From positions 3,264,001 to 3,328,000 of the forward strand of contig OY970399.1 in NCBI GenBank assembly GCA_963720545.1: 64,000 bases of DNA, read 5' to 3'. This document shows, piece by piece, positions 1 through 9,729 of this stretch. Source of the DNA: an uncultured Acidobacteriota bacterium. GTDB lineage: Bacteria > Acidobacteriota > Vicinamibacteria > Fen-336. A program made the translations under genes and the position numbers. The first letter of the stretch is position 1. Each line of letters opens with the position of its first letter. The notes under the pieces were generated by a model. The model saw nothing but the letters and a program-made list of their open reading frames with translations, was not told where the DNA came from and ran no database searches.

Positions 1-2
1 GC

Positions 3-947
3 CGCAACGACGAACCGCTCGGCATCGCCGCGCGCGAGGGGCGCAAGCTCGGCTACGGCGCGGCATCGCCCTACGCGCGCACGCCCGAATACGACACGCT
101 CGCGGCGGTCGAGCGCGACGACCTCGTCAACTGGCACAAGTCCTGGGCCGCGCCCAACAACACGGTCCTCGGCATCGTCGGCGACTTCGATTCGCAGGCG
201 ATGGAAGCCGCGATCCGCAAGGCACTGGGCGCCTGGGAGAAGGGCACCCGCGCGCCGAAGCCCACCCTCGACTTCACGCCGGCGAAGCCGGGCGTCTATT
301 TCATCGCCAAGGACGACGTCACCCAGAGCAGCATCCGCATGGTGCACCTGGGCACGCTCAAGAACGTTCCCGAGTTCTACGCGCTCGAGGTGATGAACGA
401 GCTGTTCGGCGGCGGCTTCTCGGCGCGGCTCATGACCCGCATCCGCTCGAACCTCGGGCTCGCCTACTCGGTGGGCGGCGGCGTCGGCACCAACTTCGAG
501 TACCCCGGCCTGTTCCAGGTGGTGATGGGCACGAAGAGCGAGAGCACCGCGGCGGCGATCGCGGCCCTGTACGCGGAGATCGACAACCTGACGCGCGCCG
601 AACCGACCGCGGACGAAGTGAAGAAGGCGAAGGACGGCATCCTCAACTCGTTCATCTTCCGCTTCGACAGCTCCGACAAGGTGCTGTTCGAGAAGATGCT
701 CTACGAGTTCTACGGCTATCCGCTCGACTTCCTCGACGGCTACCAGGCCGGCATCGAGAAGGTCACCGCCGCGGAAATTCTGGCCGCGGCGCAGAAGTAC
801 GTGCACCGCGACCAGGTGGCGCTGCTGGTCGTCGGCAAGCAGGCCGACTTCGACAAGCCGCTGTCCTCGTTCGGCGCGGTGACCCCCGTCGACATCGCCA
901 TTCCGGAGGCGGGCGCCGCGGTGCAGAAGCCGTTCAGAAAGCCCTGA
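3..947 (+). CDS. M16 (pitrilysin-like) zinc peptidase family protein, C-terminal part; 5' truncated by window edge
   Basis: Frame is open from position 3 (RNDEPLGIAARE...LGIVGDFD); contains LFGGGFSARLMTRIRSNLGLAYSV, typical of M16 C-terminal domains. Confidence 0.85.
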   Translation, partial: RNDEPLGIAAREGRKLGYGAASPYARTPEYDTLAAVERDDLVNWHKSWAAPNNTVLGIVGDFDSQAMEAAIRKALGAWEKGTRAPKPTLDFTPAKPGVYFIAKDDVTQSSIRMVHLGTLKNVPEFYALEVMNELFGGGFSARLMTRIRSNLGLAYSVGGGVGTNFEYPGLFQVVMGTKSESTAAAIAALYAEIDNLTRAEPTADEVKKAKDGILNSFIFRFDSSDKVLFEKMLYEFYGYPLDFLDGYQAGIEKVTAAEILAAAQKYVHRDQVALLVVGKQADFDKPLSSFGAVTPVDIAIPEAGAAVQKPFRKP

Positions 948-1007
948 CGTCAGTCGGCCGCAGGCCGAATCCCCACTGCCAACCGCCGCCGATCTGTGGC
1001 TGCGTGA

Positions 1008-1625
1008 CTAGCGGTCGTGTTTCTTTCTGATCAGGGAGAGGAATTCCTCGCGGGTTTCGGTCTGGTCGCGGAAGGCGCCGAGCATGCATGAGGTCACGGC
1101 GACCGAGTGCTGCTTCTCGACGCCGCGCATCATCATGCAGAAGTGCATGGCTTCGAGCACCACGCCGACGCCGCGCGGCTTGATGGCGTCCGCGATCGCC
1201 TGCGCCACCTCCACCGTCATGCGCTCCTGCACCTGCAGGCGGCGCGCGAACATGTCCACGAGGCGCGGCACCTTCGACAAGCCCAGCACCTTGCCGTTCG
1301 GCAGGTACGCGACGTGCGCCTTGCCGAAGAACGGCAGCAGGTGGTGCTCGCACAGGCTGAAGAAGTCGATGTCCTTGATGATCACCATCTCGTCGTAGGA
1401 GACGGTGAACAGCGCCTGGTTGAGCAGCTCCGGCACGCTCTGCTGGTAGCCGCGCGTGAGGAAGCGCAGCGCCTTGTCGACGCGCTCGGGTGTCTTCTGC
1501 AGCCCTTCACGACCAGGATCCTCGCCGATGCCCGCGAGCACCGCGCGGATGTGCGGGGCGATCGAACGCGTCGCGGACCGCGCTGCCGGCTTCGCCTTTG
1601 CCCTGGCCTTCGGCGCCCGCTTCAA
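1008..1625 (-). CDS. folE: GTP cyclohydrolase I
   Basis: [55 protein letters not shown] motifs. Proposed TTG start at 1625 overlaps the TGA of the upstream gene (TTGA); start is inferred. Confidence 0.95.
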   Translation of the reverse strand: MKRAPKARAKAKPAARSATRSIAPHIRAVLAGIGEDPGREGLQKTPERVDKALRFLTRGYQQSVPELLNQALFTVSYDEMVIIKDIDFFSLCEHHLLPFFGKAHVAYLPNGKVLGLSKVPRLVDMFARRLQVQERMTVEVAQAIADAIKPRGVGVVLEAMHFCMMMRGVEKQHSVAVTSCMLGAFRDQTETREEFLSLIRKKHDR

Positions 1626-2740
1626 CCGACGACTTTCAGCTCGCGCCGCGACTGCACCTTGAGGCGCGTCGGCTGCTTGGTCACCGCGCACGATTGGCAG
1701 ATGGGCTCGCCCGAAGCCGGGTCGTCCCAGGTGCGCTCGCGCTGCGCCACGCGCAGCCTCTCGAAGTTGCCGCTCTGCCAGGCCTGCTGCAGGCTCACGG
1801 GCGCGGGCCCGGAGCCCGGCACCACCGGGCCGCCGTCGATCTCGAGCGTGAAGCCCTGGCAGCACGGCATGGTGTGCCGGCCGTCCCAGGTGACCACCAT
1901 GCGGCGGAACGGATCGGGGCACTGGAATTCGGCGGCGCTCATCTGCCGCCACTCGGCCGCCTTCCAGTGGTGCTCGGTGCCGGCGGGGAAGTAGCACTCG
2001 CTGATCGACATCCAGTCGACCTTCATCTTGCCGCGCCAGAACTCTTCCATGCGGCCGCTGTCGATGGCATCGGCGTTGACGTTGGTGCGCACCACCGAAG
2101 CGCGGATCTTGAGGTCGGGCGCGCCCTTGCCCTCGTCGCGCGTCAGCACCGCGCCGCGCACCGAGTTGAGGAGCACCTCCCAGCTGCCGCCGACCCGCTG
2201 GCGGGCGTACATCTCCGGGTCGCAGCCGTCCACCGAGAACATCAGGTCGGTGATTCCGGCCTCGACGATGCGCCTGAACAGGTCGGGCTGCTTGCGCGCC
2301 AGGCCGTTGCCGTTGGTGTTCATCATGATGTCGGGGAAGCCGAGGTGCGCGGCCTCGCGGATGAACGACACCACGCGCGGATGCAGGGACGGCTCGCCGC
2401 GGTAGTTGAGCTTCACCGACGAGACGCCGATGTCGCGGCACTGCTGGATCATCCGGCCGTAGAGCACCGGGTCCATGTAGCCGCGCTGGTAGGTGTAGTC
2501 CTCGAGGCCCACCGTGCGGATGTGCTCGTGGGTCCAGATCTGGCAGAAGCCCTGCGGGTCTTCCTCGGAGCTGCCGCAGCGCAGGTCGCACACGGCGACC
2601 GTCTCGACGTCCACGTGCACCGGGTGGTCGCCCGGCTCCATGGTCACTTCGCGCTCGTCCCATTCGCGCCGATACGCCTCGTAACGGGCGCTTCTTTCCG
2701 GGGCCGGCACCAACACCCTGAAAGTGGGGTCTTTGCTCAT
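1622..2740 (-). CDS. Radical SAM protein with C-terminal SPASM/twitch-like domain and atypical Cx3Cx10C motif
   Basis: [17 protein letters not shown]10-C, NYRGEP, MNTNG, FSVDG; C-terminal CPDPF...WDG..MPCC...CQSC. Confidence 0.88.
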   Translation of the reverse strand: MSKDPTFRVLVPAPERSARYEAYRREWDEREVTMEPGDHPVHVDVETVAVCDLRCGSSEEDPQGFCQIWTHEHIRTVGLEDYTYQRGYMDPVLYGRMIQQCRDIGVSSVKLNYRGEPSLHPRVVSFIREAAHLGFPDIMMNTNGNGLARKQPDLFRRIVEAGITDLMFSVDGCDPEMYARQRVGGSWEVLLNSVRGAVLTRDEGKGAPDLKIRASVVRTNVNADAIDSGRMEEFWRGKMKVDWMSISECYFPAGTEHHWKAAEWRQMSAAEFQCPDPFRRMVVTWDGRHTMPCCQGFTLEIDGGPVVPGSGPAPVSLQQAWQSGNFERLRVAQRERTWDDPASGEPICQSCAVTKQPTRLKVQSRRELKVVG

Positions 2741-2782
2741 TTCGCAGGCCAGTTTACCGTTAAGCTTCTAATTCCCCATGCA

Positions 2783-5014
2783 ATGGCCCTGACCCAGATC
2801 GGCAAATACAAGGTCCTCGGTCGCATTGGCCAGGGCGCCATGGGCGAGGTGTTCCGCGCGCTCGACACCTTGCTGCACCGCGAGGTTGCGGTGAAGACCA
2901 TGAGTGCCGCCATCGGCGGCGACGACGACCTGCGCAAGCGCTTCATGCGCGAGGCCCAGTCGGCCGCCCGCCTCAACCACCCGAACATCGTCACCGTCTA
3001 CGACTTCGGCGAGGAAGAGGGCCAGGCCTACATGGCGATGGAGCTGCTGCAGGGCCGCGACCTGAAGGAGCTGATCCGCGGCGGCCGCATCGAGACCCTC
3101 GACGACGCGCTGCCGCTGATGGAGCAGATCTGCGAAGGCGTCGCCTTCGCGCACGCGCAGCAGATGGTCCACCGCGACCTCAAGCCCGGCAACATCCACG
3201 TACTGCCGAACGGCCAGGTCAAGATCATGGACTTCGGCCTCGCGCGCATGGGCGCCTCCGACATGACCAAGACCGGCATGATGCTGGGCACGCCCAACTA
3301 CATGTCGCCCGAGCAGGTGCGCGGCGAGCACGTCGACATCCGCTCCGACGTGTTCTCGCTGGGCGCGGTCTTCTACGAGATGCTCGCCGGCCACAAGGCG
3401 TTCGAGGCCGAATCGGTGCACGCGGTGCTGTTCGCGGTCGCCTCGAAGGAGCCGGAGCCGCTTTCGGTCGCGAACCCCGACCTGCCGCCGGTGGTGGCGC
3501 GGGTGGTGGAACGCGCGCTGCACAAGGATCCGCAGGAGCGCTATCAGCACGCCGGCCAGATGGCGGTGGTGATGGGCGCGGTGCGCGACTTCCTGAACGG
3601 CTACATCGACGAAGCCGCTGCGCTGCAGAAGATCGAGGACATCCGCGCCACCTCGCTCGAGTCGCTCAGCACCCGCGGCTTCGGCTCGCACGACAGCGCC
3701 ACCCTGGTGGGCGAGCCCACCGGCTCGTCGGGTTCGCCGCGCTCCGGCCGCCACCCGATCCCGCGGCCCACGTGGGCCGGGCCGGGCCGCATCGGCAGCG
3801 GCGGCAGCGGTCCGCGCAGTTCGCCGCCGGGCAGCGGGCCGTCGGCATCGCGCGCGCGCAAGCAGTGGCTGTGGCTCGGGGGACTGGCGCTCGTCGGCAT
3901 CGCGGCAGCGGGCGGCTACGGCGTGCGCCAGTGGCGCGCCGGCGCCGGGCTGCCGCAGGCCGCGCCGCAGCCGCCGGCCGCCGCCGGCACCGGCAGCGAG
4001 GTGCTGCTGGAAGGCGCACGCAAGGACCTGCAGTACGGCAATTACAAGGGCGCTCTCGAAGCGGCCAACAAGGTGCAGGCGAACGACCCCGGCAACACGG
4101 AGGCGGCGCGCATCGCCACGGCTGCCGCGGGCAAGCTGGAGGAAATCGACGAGGTGTCGGGTTCCCTCGAACAGGCGCAGGCGAAGTCGCAGCGCGACAA
4201 GGGCAAGGCCGCGCTCGAGAAGCTGATGACGCTCGATCCCGGACACCCGAGCGTCGCGGCCGCGGCCAGGTGGCTGAACGAGGCGTTCGCGCCCGAGGCG
4301 AAGCGCGCCCAGGAAAAGATGCGGCATGCGGCCGAGGTGGCGCAGCAATCGAAGTCGCGCGACAGCGGCGAGTACGAGCGTGCCATGGCTCTCAGCAACG
4401 AGGCCGAGCGGCTCATCGCGAAAGGGCAGTACGCCGAAGCGACGCAGAAATGGACCGAGGCGGGCAACCGCATCGCGCAGGCCGCGGCGCCGCGCGTGGT
4501 GGCGATTCCGCCGGTGCCGCGGCCGCGGCTCGAAGGCCTGCCAACGGGCGTGCCCGCCGGCGTTCCCACGACGTTCGCGCCGTCGTCGCCTGCGCCGTCC
4601 GCTGTCGTGCCCCTGGCGACCCCAACGCCGACACCGGCCCCACAGGCGCGGGCCGTCCCGGCGCCTGCCCCGCCCGCCGCCGCCGCCGCGCCAGCCTCAC
4701 CACAAAACGACGAAGCCGACATCCGCCGCGTCATACACGGCCTGGCGGCGGCGATCGAGGCGGGCAACATGACCCTCTACCGCCAGTTGCGGCCGAGCCT
4801 CTCGGCCGCGGACGAGCGCCGCCTGCGCGACTCGTTCGCGCGCGTCCGCCAGAAGATCGGCGTCGACATCCAGTCGATCGAAGTCGACGGCAACCGTGCC
4901 AGCGCCCGCGTCGGCTGGAACGTCACGGTGCCGGGCGCCCGTCCCGCCTCGCAGGTCCAGAACTTCCGTCTCGCCCGCGGAGCCGGCGGTTGGTACATCG
5001 ACCAGGTGAACTGA
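2783..5014 (+). CDS. Hanks-type Ser/Thr protein kinase, one TM helix, extracytoplasmic helical (TPR-like) region, Pro-rich linker and NTF2-like C-terminus
   Basis: IGQGAMGEV, VAVK, HRDLKPGN, DFGLA, GTPNYMSPEQ, SDVFSLG; TM WLWLGGLALVGIAAAGGYGV; ATG at 2783 is in the frame of ORF 1490..5014. Confidence 0.93.
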   Translation: MALTQIGKYKVLGRIGQGAMGEVFRALDTLLHREVAVKTMSAAIGGDDDLRKRFMREAQSAARLNHPNIVTVYDFGEEEGQAYMAMELLQGRDLKELIRGGRIETLDDALPLMEQICEGVAFAHAQQMVHRDLKPGNIHVLPNGQVKIMDFGLARMGASDMTKTGMMLGTPNYMSPEQVRGEHVDIRSDVFSLGAVFYEMLAGHKAFEAESVHAVLFAVASKEPEPLSVANPDLPPVVARVVERALHKDPQERYQHAGQMAVVMGAVRDFLNGYIDEAAALQKIEDIRATSLESLSTRGFGSHDSATLVGEPTGSSGSPRSGRHPIPRPTWAGPGRIGSGGSGPRSSPPGSGPSASRARKQWLWLGGLALVGIAAAGGYGVRQWRAGAGLPQAAPQPPAAAGTGSEVLLEGARKDLQYGNYKGALEAANKVQANDPGNTEAARIATAAAGKLEEIDEVSGSLEQAQAKSQRDKGKAALEKLMTLDPGHPSVAAAARWLNEAFAPEAKRAQEKMRHAAEVAQQSKSRDSGEYERAMALSNEAERLIAKGQYAEATQKWTEAGNRIAQAAAPRVVAIPPVPRPRLEGLPTGVPAGVPTTFAPSSPAPSAVVPLATPTPTPAPQARAVPAPAPPAAAAAPASPQNDEADIRRVIHGLAAAIEAGNMTLYRQLRPSLSAADERRLRDSFARVRQKIGVDIQSIEVDGNRASARVGWNVTVPGARPASQVQNFRLARGAGGWYIDQVN

Positions 5015-6234
5015 TGCTCCGCGCGCTCGCCGCCGCCAGCCTGTTGCTGCTGGCACCGGTGCGCGGCGCGCAGTTGCCATCGCCATCCCCATCGGCGTCA
5101 CCAGCGCCGCTTCCGCCGCTCGCTCAGGCGCTGCTCGAAAAGCCCGACGCACCGGCGCTCGTCGCGCTGCCCAAGCTGCGCGCGCGACTCGAGCGCTCGC
5201 CGCACGATTACCTGCGCGGCACCAACGCCTTGTTCGTGAAGGCGCTGTGCGAGCGCTACGAGCCGCAGCTGCGGCTCCTGCCGGCGGTGACGCTGCACGG
5301 CGACGCGCACATCGAGCAGTACTCGGTGACCGACCGCGGCCGCGGGCTCTCCGACTTCGACGACTCGGCGGTCGGCTCCGCCTTCATCGACCTGGTGCGC
5401 TTCGCCACCTCCATCCGCCTCGCAATGGAACAGCGCGGCTGGGCGGATTCCGACAAGATGATCCAGTGGTTCCTCGACGGCTACGTCAAGGCGCTGCGCG
5501 CGCCGAAGATGGTGGCGGTGGAGCCGGCGGCGGTGGGGCGCATCCGCAAGGGCTTCGACCCCAACCGCATGGCGCAGCTGGCGAGTGCGGAACAACTGAT
5601 GGTGCCGCTGCCGCCCGCCGACGCGCCCACGCCCGAAGCGCTCGCGCACACGGCACTGGTCCTCGGCGAAGCCGCGAACCGTTCGCCGGCGTTCTTCCAG
5701 GTGAAGAAGATGGGCGCGCTCACCATCGGCATCGGCAGCGCCGCCGACGAGAAGTACCTGATGCGCATCGAGGGGCCGACGCCCGCGCCGCAAGACGACC
5801 TGATGCTCGAGATCAAGGAAGTCAAGCCGCTGCCGAACCTGCCGTGCATCTACGGGGTCCCGGATGCGGCGCGCGTGATCATCGCCGAACGCGCCATCGC
5901 CTACGAGCAGTTCTCGGTGAGCGGCTCCCTGATCGGCGGCGCCAAGAACTTCTGGTTCCACACCTGGACCGACCATTACGCCGAGTTGCGCATCGACAAG
6001 TCGTTCGCCAACCCAGACGAACTGCACGAGATCGTCTACGACGCCGGCGTGCAGCTGGGACGCGGCCACCCGCGCCGGCTCTCCGGGGCGAACGCCGATA
6101 ACCTGCGCAAGTCGCTCATTCAGTCGCTCGCCAAGGCGCCGATTGCCGCGGTCTCCGCGGAGTTCGCCGCGGCCCTCACCAGCGCGTGGCGCACGTTTCG
6201 CGACAGCGCCGCGGACGGCGCGCCGCGCGGCTAG
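5014..6234 (+). CDS. DUF2252-like (kinase/APH-fold) protein with predicted signal peptide
   Basis: SPHDYLRGT, LHGDAHIEQY, DFDD, GIGS, LMLEIKE motifs; N-terminus MLRALAAASLLLLAPVRG; TGATG overlap with kinase stop. Confidence 0.7.
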   Translation: MLRALAAASLLLLAPVRGAQLPSPSPSASPAPLPPLAQALLEKPDAPALVALPKLRARLERSPHDYLRGTNALFVKALCERYEPQLRLLPAVTLHGDAHIEQYSVTDRGRGLSDFDDSAVGSAFIDLVRFATSIRLAMEQRGWADSDKMIQWFLDGYVKALRAPKMVAVEPAAVGRIRKGFDPNRMAQLASAEQLMVPLPPADAPTPEALAHTALVLGEAANRSPAFFQVKKMGALTIGIGSAADEKYLMRIEGPTPAPQDDLMLEIKEVKPLPNLPCIYGVPDAARVIIAERAIAYEQFSVSGSLIGGAKNFWFHTWTDHYAELRIDKSFANPDELHEIVYDAGVQLGRGHPRRLSGANADNLRKSLIQSLAKAPIAAVSAEFAAALTSAWRTFRDSAADGAPRG

Positions 6235-6237
6235 CCG

Positions 6238-7578
6238 CTAGAAGCTGAAGTCGACGCCTATGACCGGGATGAAGCGGTCCTGCAGGCCGCGCTGCGTCAG
6301 CGAGAACAGCACGTTGGCCGACACCAGGAAGCCGCTGCCCGGGTTGAACTTCACCCCGAAGGCGCCGAACAGCAGGTTGGTGTTGCCCTTGCTCGTGACG
6401 TAGTCCTTGATCACTGTCGTCTGCTGCTGGCCGCCGAACGGGATGTACTGATACGGCACGTCCACCTGGCGCACCCGGCTCGCGTCGAGCAGCAGCCGGC
6501 CCACCAGGTCGCCGGTGACCGTCACGCGCTTGGCGGCCGCGGCGTCGAAGCCGGCGGTGTAGTTGAACTCGTTGGGCAGCGAGCCGATGACCTCGTTGCT
6601 GCCGGTCGAGAAGGTGTAGCCGGCGTTTACGTGCGGCGCGAAGGTGCCGGCGCCCGAGGCGATGAGGAACACCTTCGTCTGGGTGCTGCCGGCGCCCAGC
6701 AGGTTGTCGGCGTCGCCGGTGGGCAGTCGCACGTCGAGACCGGCCGCGAGCCCGATGTTGCCCGAGGACTTGAAGCGGTACTTGGCGCGCACCAGCACGT
6801 CGCCGATGCCGGAGGCCTTGCCGCTTTGCACTTCCTCGCGGAAATCGCCGCCGCCCTGGAACTGGTGGATGACGCCGTTGGGGAAGCTCGCGGTCGCGAG
6901 GCGCTCGACGGTTTCGCCGATGCGCGCGTTCAGCCTGGTTTCGACGAACGGCACGGCGACGCCGATGTCGAGGCGGTCGGAGAGCCCGTAGGAGGCGAAC
7001 AGCGACGTGGTTTGCGTCTGTACGTCGAGGCGCAGGTCGGCGCGGATCAGGTCGGGCTCGAAGAACAGATTGTTGCCCGAGAGCTGGTGGCGCAGGAACA
7101 GCTGGATGTCGCCGGAGCGCAGGTCGAGGCCCTCGAAGGTGTCGAATTTGGCGCGCGTGTGGTTGACGCCGAAGGTCAGCTTGCCGCGGCCGAGCGTCAG
7201 CGCGCGTTCCGCGAACAACGGGCCGAAGCTCTCGCTGGTGCGGGTGAAGACGCCGAGGCTCGGGTCGAACGAGTAGGTGAAGCCCCCGGACGACGAGCCC
7301 AGCGGAAACGTCGCAAGCTGCGCCGCGATGCCGGTGTTCAGCTGCTCGAGCGTCTCGCGCGCCGCGGGCTGCGACGAGAAGTGCGCCGCATGGTTGAAGT
7401 TCGGGTTGGCGTTCCCCTGCAGGACCACCGGGTTGTCCGCGGCGAAGAATCGCAGCAGCAGGCCGGCGAGGCCGGGAGTGGTGGCGGCATCGTCATGGGC
7501 CAGCGCGCGCTGCGGCGCGTTCACGGCCAGCACGGCGGCGGCAGCGGTGAGCAGGCGGAGGCGTCGGGAGTTGATCAT
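6238..7578 (-). CDS. Outer-membrane beta-barrel 'transporter' (MetA-pathway/SphA-like) protein
   Basis: Signal peptide, SGIGDVLVRAKYRF, VRLPTGDADNLLGAG, amphipathic strands, C-terminal Phe (VIGVDFSF); start placed at ATG 7578, 7 nt after TAGATT. Confidence 0.7.
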   Translation of the reverse strand: MINSRRLRLLTAAAAVLAVNAPQRALAHDDAATTPGLAGLLLRFFAADNPVVLQGNANPNFNHAAHFSSQPAARETLEQLNTGIAAQLATFPLGSSSGGFTYSFDPSLGVFTRTSESFGPLFAERALTLGRGKLTFGVNHTRAKFDTFEGLDLRSGDIQLFLRHQLSGNNLFFEPDLIRADLRLDVQTQTTSLFASYGLSDRLDIGVAVPFVETRLNARIGETVERLATASFPNGVIHQFQGGGDFREEVQSGKASGIGDVLVRAKYRFKSSGNIGLAAGLDVRLPTGDADNLLGAGSTQTKVFLIASGAGTFAPHVNAGYTFSTGSNEVIGSLPNEFNYTAGFDAAAAKRVTVTGDLVGRLLLDASRVRQVDVPYQYIPFGGQQQTTVIKDYVTSKGNTNLLFGAFGVKFNPGSGFLVSANVLFSLTQRGLQDRFIPVIGVDFSF

Positions 7579-7635
7579 GCTGGGCAATCTAGCCAAGAGT
7601 TGCGTGCGCCGTCTCAGGAATTGCTCAGGGAACTT

Positions 7636-9711
7636 TCAATTCAGGGCGGCTTCGGCATTCTTCAAAAGCGCGGCGGCGTTGTCGAAGGCCGTCGCCAGCT
7701 CCTGTTCGTGGCCGGGAATCGCGTCGAAGCGGCCTGCTTCGAGCGCCTCGAAGATGCGCGGGATGAGCTCCTCGCGATAAGTCGGCTGCGGTGCGTATAG
7801 AAGGTGCTTGAAAAACGGACGCGTGCGCAGGCCCGTTGGCTCAGTCATGGCACGCTCCACCTGCATCAGGGCTTCGTTGATCGTGCGGCTCGACTCGGGC
7901 GACGGCGCCGCGGCTTTCGCCAGGCGCGCCTCGAAGCTGTGTGCTGCCGCCTCCCAGCGTGCGAGTGCCGCACGCGCCGCCGGGAGCTGAAGGTGGCGAG
8001 CCGCGCCCTTTTTCTCGACGGCATCGAGGTATTCGGGCACCGCCTGCGCGTAGCGCGAGTACTGCATCGGCAACAGCGAAGCATCGGCGAGGCGGTACGC
8101 GAGCACGCTCCAGATGCGCGCCAGCGCGGTGTTGTAGACGAATCCGGGATCGGCGACCGTGCTGAGCCACTGGTAGTTGTCGTATTGCGAGTGGTAGACG
8201 CCGTAGGGATCGTCGAACGACATGTCGATGCAGCTGATGCCGATGTTCTCCATGAACGCGGTGTAATCGGTGGCGCCGACGATGCGGTTGACGGCGATGA
8301 CCCCGCCCCGTGAACGCGCCGCCCACGCGTCGCCCATCGAGCCCGAGCCCGCGGGATCGGGTTCGTCCCGCAGCACGCCTTCGAGGAAACCGCCGAGCGC
8401 CGGCGTCGCGCCGCCGTCGAACGCAGGACCGGTGGCGCCGCTGTCCACGTTGACGTAGGCGACCCCGTCTTTCAGGAGCTTCTCGCGGTTGTCCTTCACC
8501 CACTGCGTCGAGCCGCCGAGCAGCTGTTCTTCGGCGTCCCAGTTGCCGAAAACGATGCTGCGCCGCGGCCGGAAGCCCTGCTTCGCCGCCGCACCCAGGG
8601 CGCGGGCGGTCTCGAGCAGCGCGGCGGTGCCGCTGCTCGGATCGACGGCACCGTAGATCCAGGCGTCGCGGTGGTTGCCGATGATCACCCACTTGTCCGG
8701 CTCGACGGCGCCCTTGAGGATGCCGATGACATTGCGCATCGTGCCGATCTCTTCATGGTTGTCGGTCTTGAGGTGCACCCGCACCGGGCCCGGGCCGGCG
8801 CGATAGGTGAACGGCAGGGCACCCTGCCAGCCGGGCGGGCCGGTGGGTCCTTGCAGCCGTGAGAGGATCTGCGCCGCCGCCTCGTGGGAAATGGGCAATG
8901 AGGGGATCCGCGGCAGCTGCTTGTCGCGTTCCTTGCCTTCGCTCCACTTGCCGTCGGCGCCCTTTCTCCAGTGAAAAGTGAACGGCTCGCCGACGCCGAA
9001 CCAGTCGTAGAGGATGGCGCCCCACTGTATGTGGCTCGCCGGACCCCACGGGCCTTCCGGGTAGACGAGGCCCTTCGCATAGCCGTCTTCGGCCGGGTCT
9101 GAGTAGATGAGCGCGCCTATCGCACCGCGGCTCTCAGCCTGATAGAGCTTGTAGCCCCGGTAGCTGTAGGGGTTGGAGTAGCGCATCAGCACGATGCGGC
9201 CGCGCACCGAGGTGCCGAGCGCGTCGAGCGCCGCGAAGTCTTCCGGGCTGCCGCCGTTCGCGTACACGACCTCGGCGGTGACGTCGCCGCCGGGCGCGTA
9301 GGCATGGAACGCGACCTGCGCCGGATCGTCGTAGAGATGGCTGTCCTTGTCGCCGGGGACGGGGTCTTCGGTCAGCTTCAGTTTCACCTGGTCGGGTGCA
9401 ACGATCTCGAGGCTCGCGGCGCGACCGTAGCTCATGAGCGCGGGAGAGTCGTGGAAGCTGACGTCGTCGAGTCCGTACTCGCGGAACCGGTCGCGCACGT
9501 AATCGGCGAGCTCCATGTTGCGCGGCGTGCCGGTCTGGTGGGGCTCCTCGGTCAGCACCCGCAGGTGGCGCGAGTAGCTCGCGGCGTTCGGCACCGAGCG
9601 CAGGACCGCCTCGGCGTTGCTTCGGTTGCGTCCCGTGTCGCGCGGCGTTGCGGCGAGCGCCAGGGCCGCGGCGGCGATGGCGAGGAGGGCAGCGGCACGG
9701 GCTTTTTCCAT
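7636..9711 (-). CDS. M28 glutamate carboxypeptidase II-like peptidase (PA domain, TfR-dimer domain)
   Basis: GNHRDAW, GAVDPSSGTA, WDAEEQ, VNVD, YHSQYD, FFKHLLYAP; signal peptide. Confidence 0.9.
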   Translation of the reverse strand: MEKARAAALLAIAAAALALAATPRDTGRNRSNAEAVLRSVPNAASYSRHLRVLTEEPHQTGTPRNMELADYVRDRFREYGLDDVSFHDSPALMSYGRAASLEIVAPDQVKLKLTEDPVPGDKDSHLYDDPAQVAFHAYAPGGDVTAEVVYANGGSPEDFAALDALGTSVRGRIVLMRYSNPYSYRGYKLYQAESRGAIGALIYSDPAEDGYAKGLVYPEGPWGPASHIQWGAILYDWFGVGEPFTFHWRKGADGKWSEGKERDKQLPRIPSLPISHEAAAQILSRLQGPTGPPGWQGALPFTYRAGPGPVRVHLKTDNHEEIGTMRNVIGILKGAVEPDKWVIIGNHRDAWIYGAVDPSSGTAALLETARALGAAAKQGFRPRRSIVFGNWDAEEQLLGGSTQWVKDNREKLLKDGVAYVNVDSGATGPAFDGGATPALGGFLEGVLRDEPDPAGSGSMGDAWAARSRGGVIAVNRIVGATDYTAFMENIGISCIDMSFDDPYGVYHSQYDNYQWLSTVADPGFVYNTALARIWSVLAYRLADASLLPMQYSRYAQAVPEYLDAVEKKGAARHLQLPAARAALARWEAAAHSFEARLAKAAAPSPESSRTINEALMQVERAMTEPTGLRTRPFFKHLLYAPQPTYREELIPRIFEALEAGRFDAIPGHEQELATAFDNAAALLKNAEAALN

Positions 9712-9729
9712 TGGCGCGGTACGCTAGCA

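Noticed and set aside
948..1007. Gap between convergent M16 peptidase and folE starting TGACGTCA, like the repeat family end
   Set aside because: Similarity is limited to about 8 nt and no matching hairpin follows
1626..2663. 551-aa ORF suggesting a FolE fusion
   Set aside because: The upstream part is an Arg-rich alternative frame of the radical SAM gene; FolE similarity is confined to the last ~200 aa
1622..2740. Radical SAM/SPASM as a RiPP maturase
   Set aside because: No precursor peptide ORF or PqqD/RRE domain is visible; the flanking gaps are too short (42 bp and an overlap)
1490..2782. 1174-aa ORF suggesting a long N-terminal extension of the kinase
   Set aside because: The extension is the antisense shadow of the radical SAM gene; the kinase domain begins at ATG 2783
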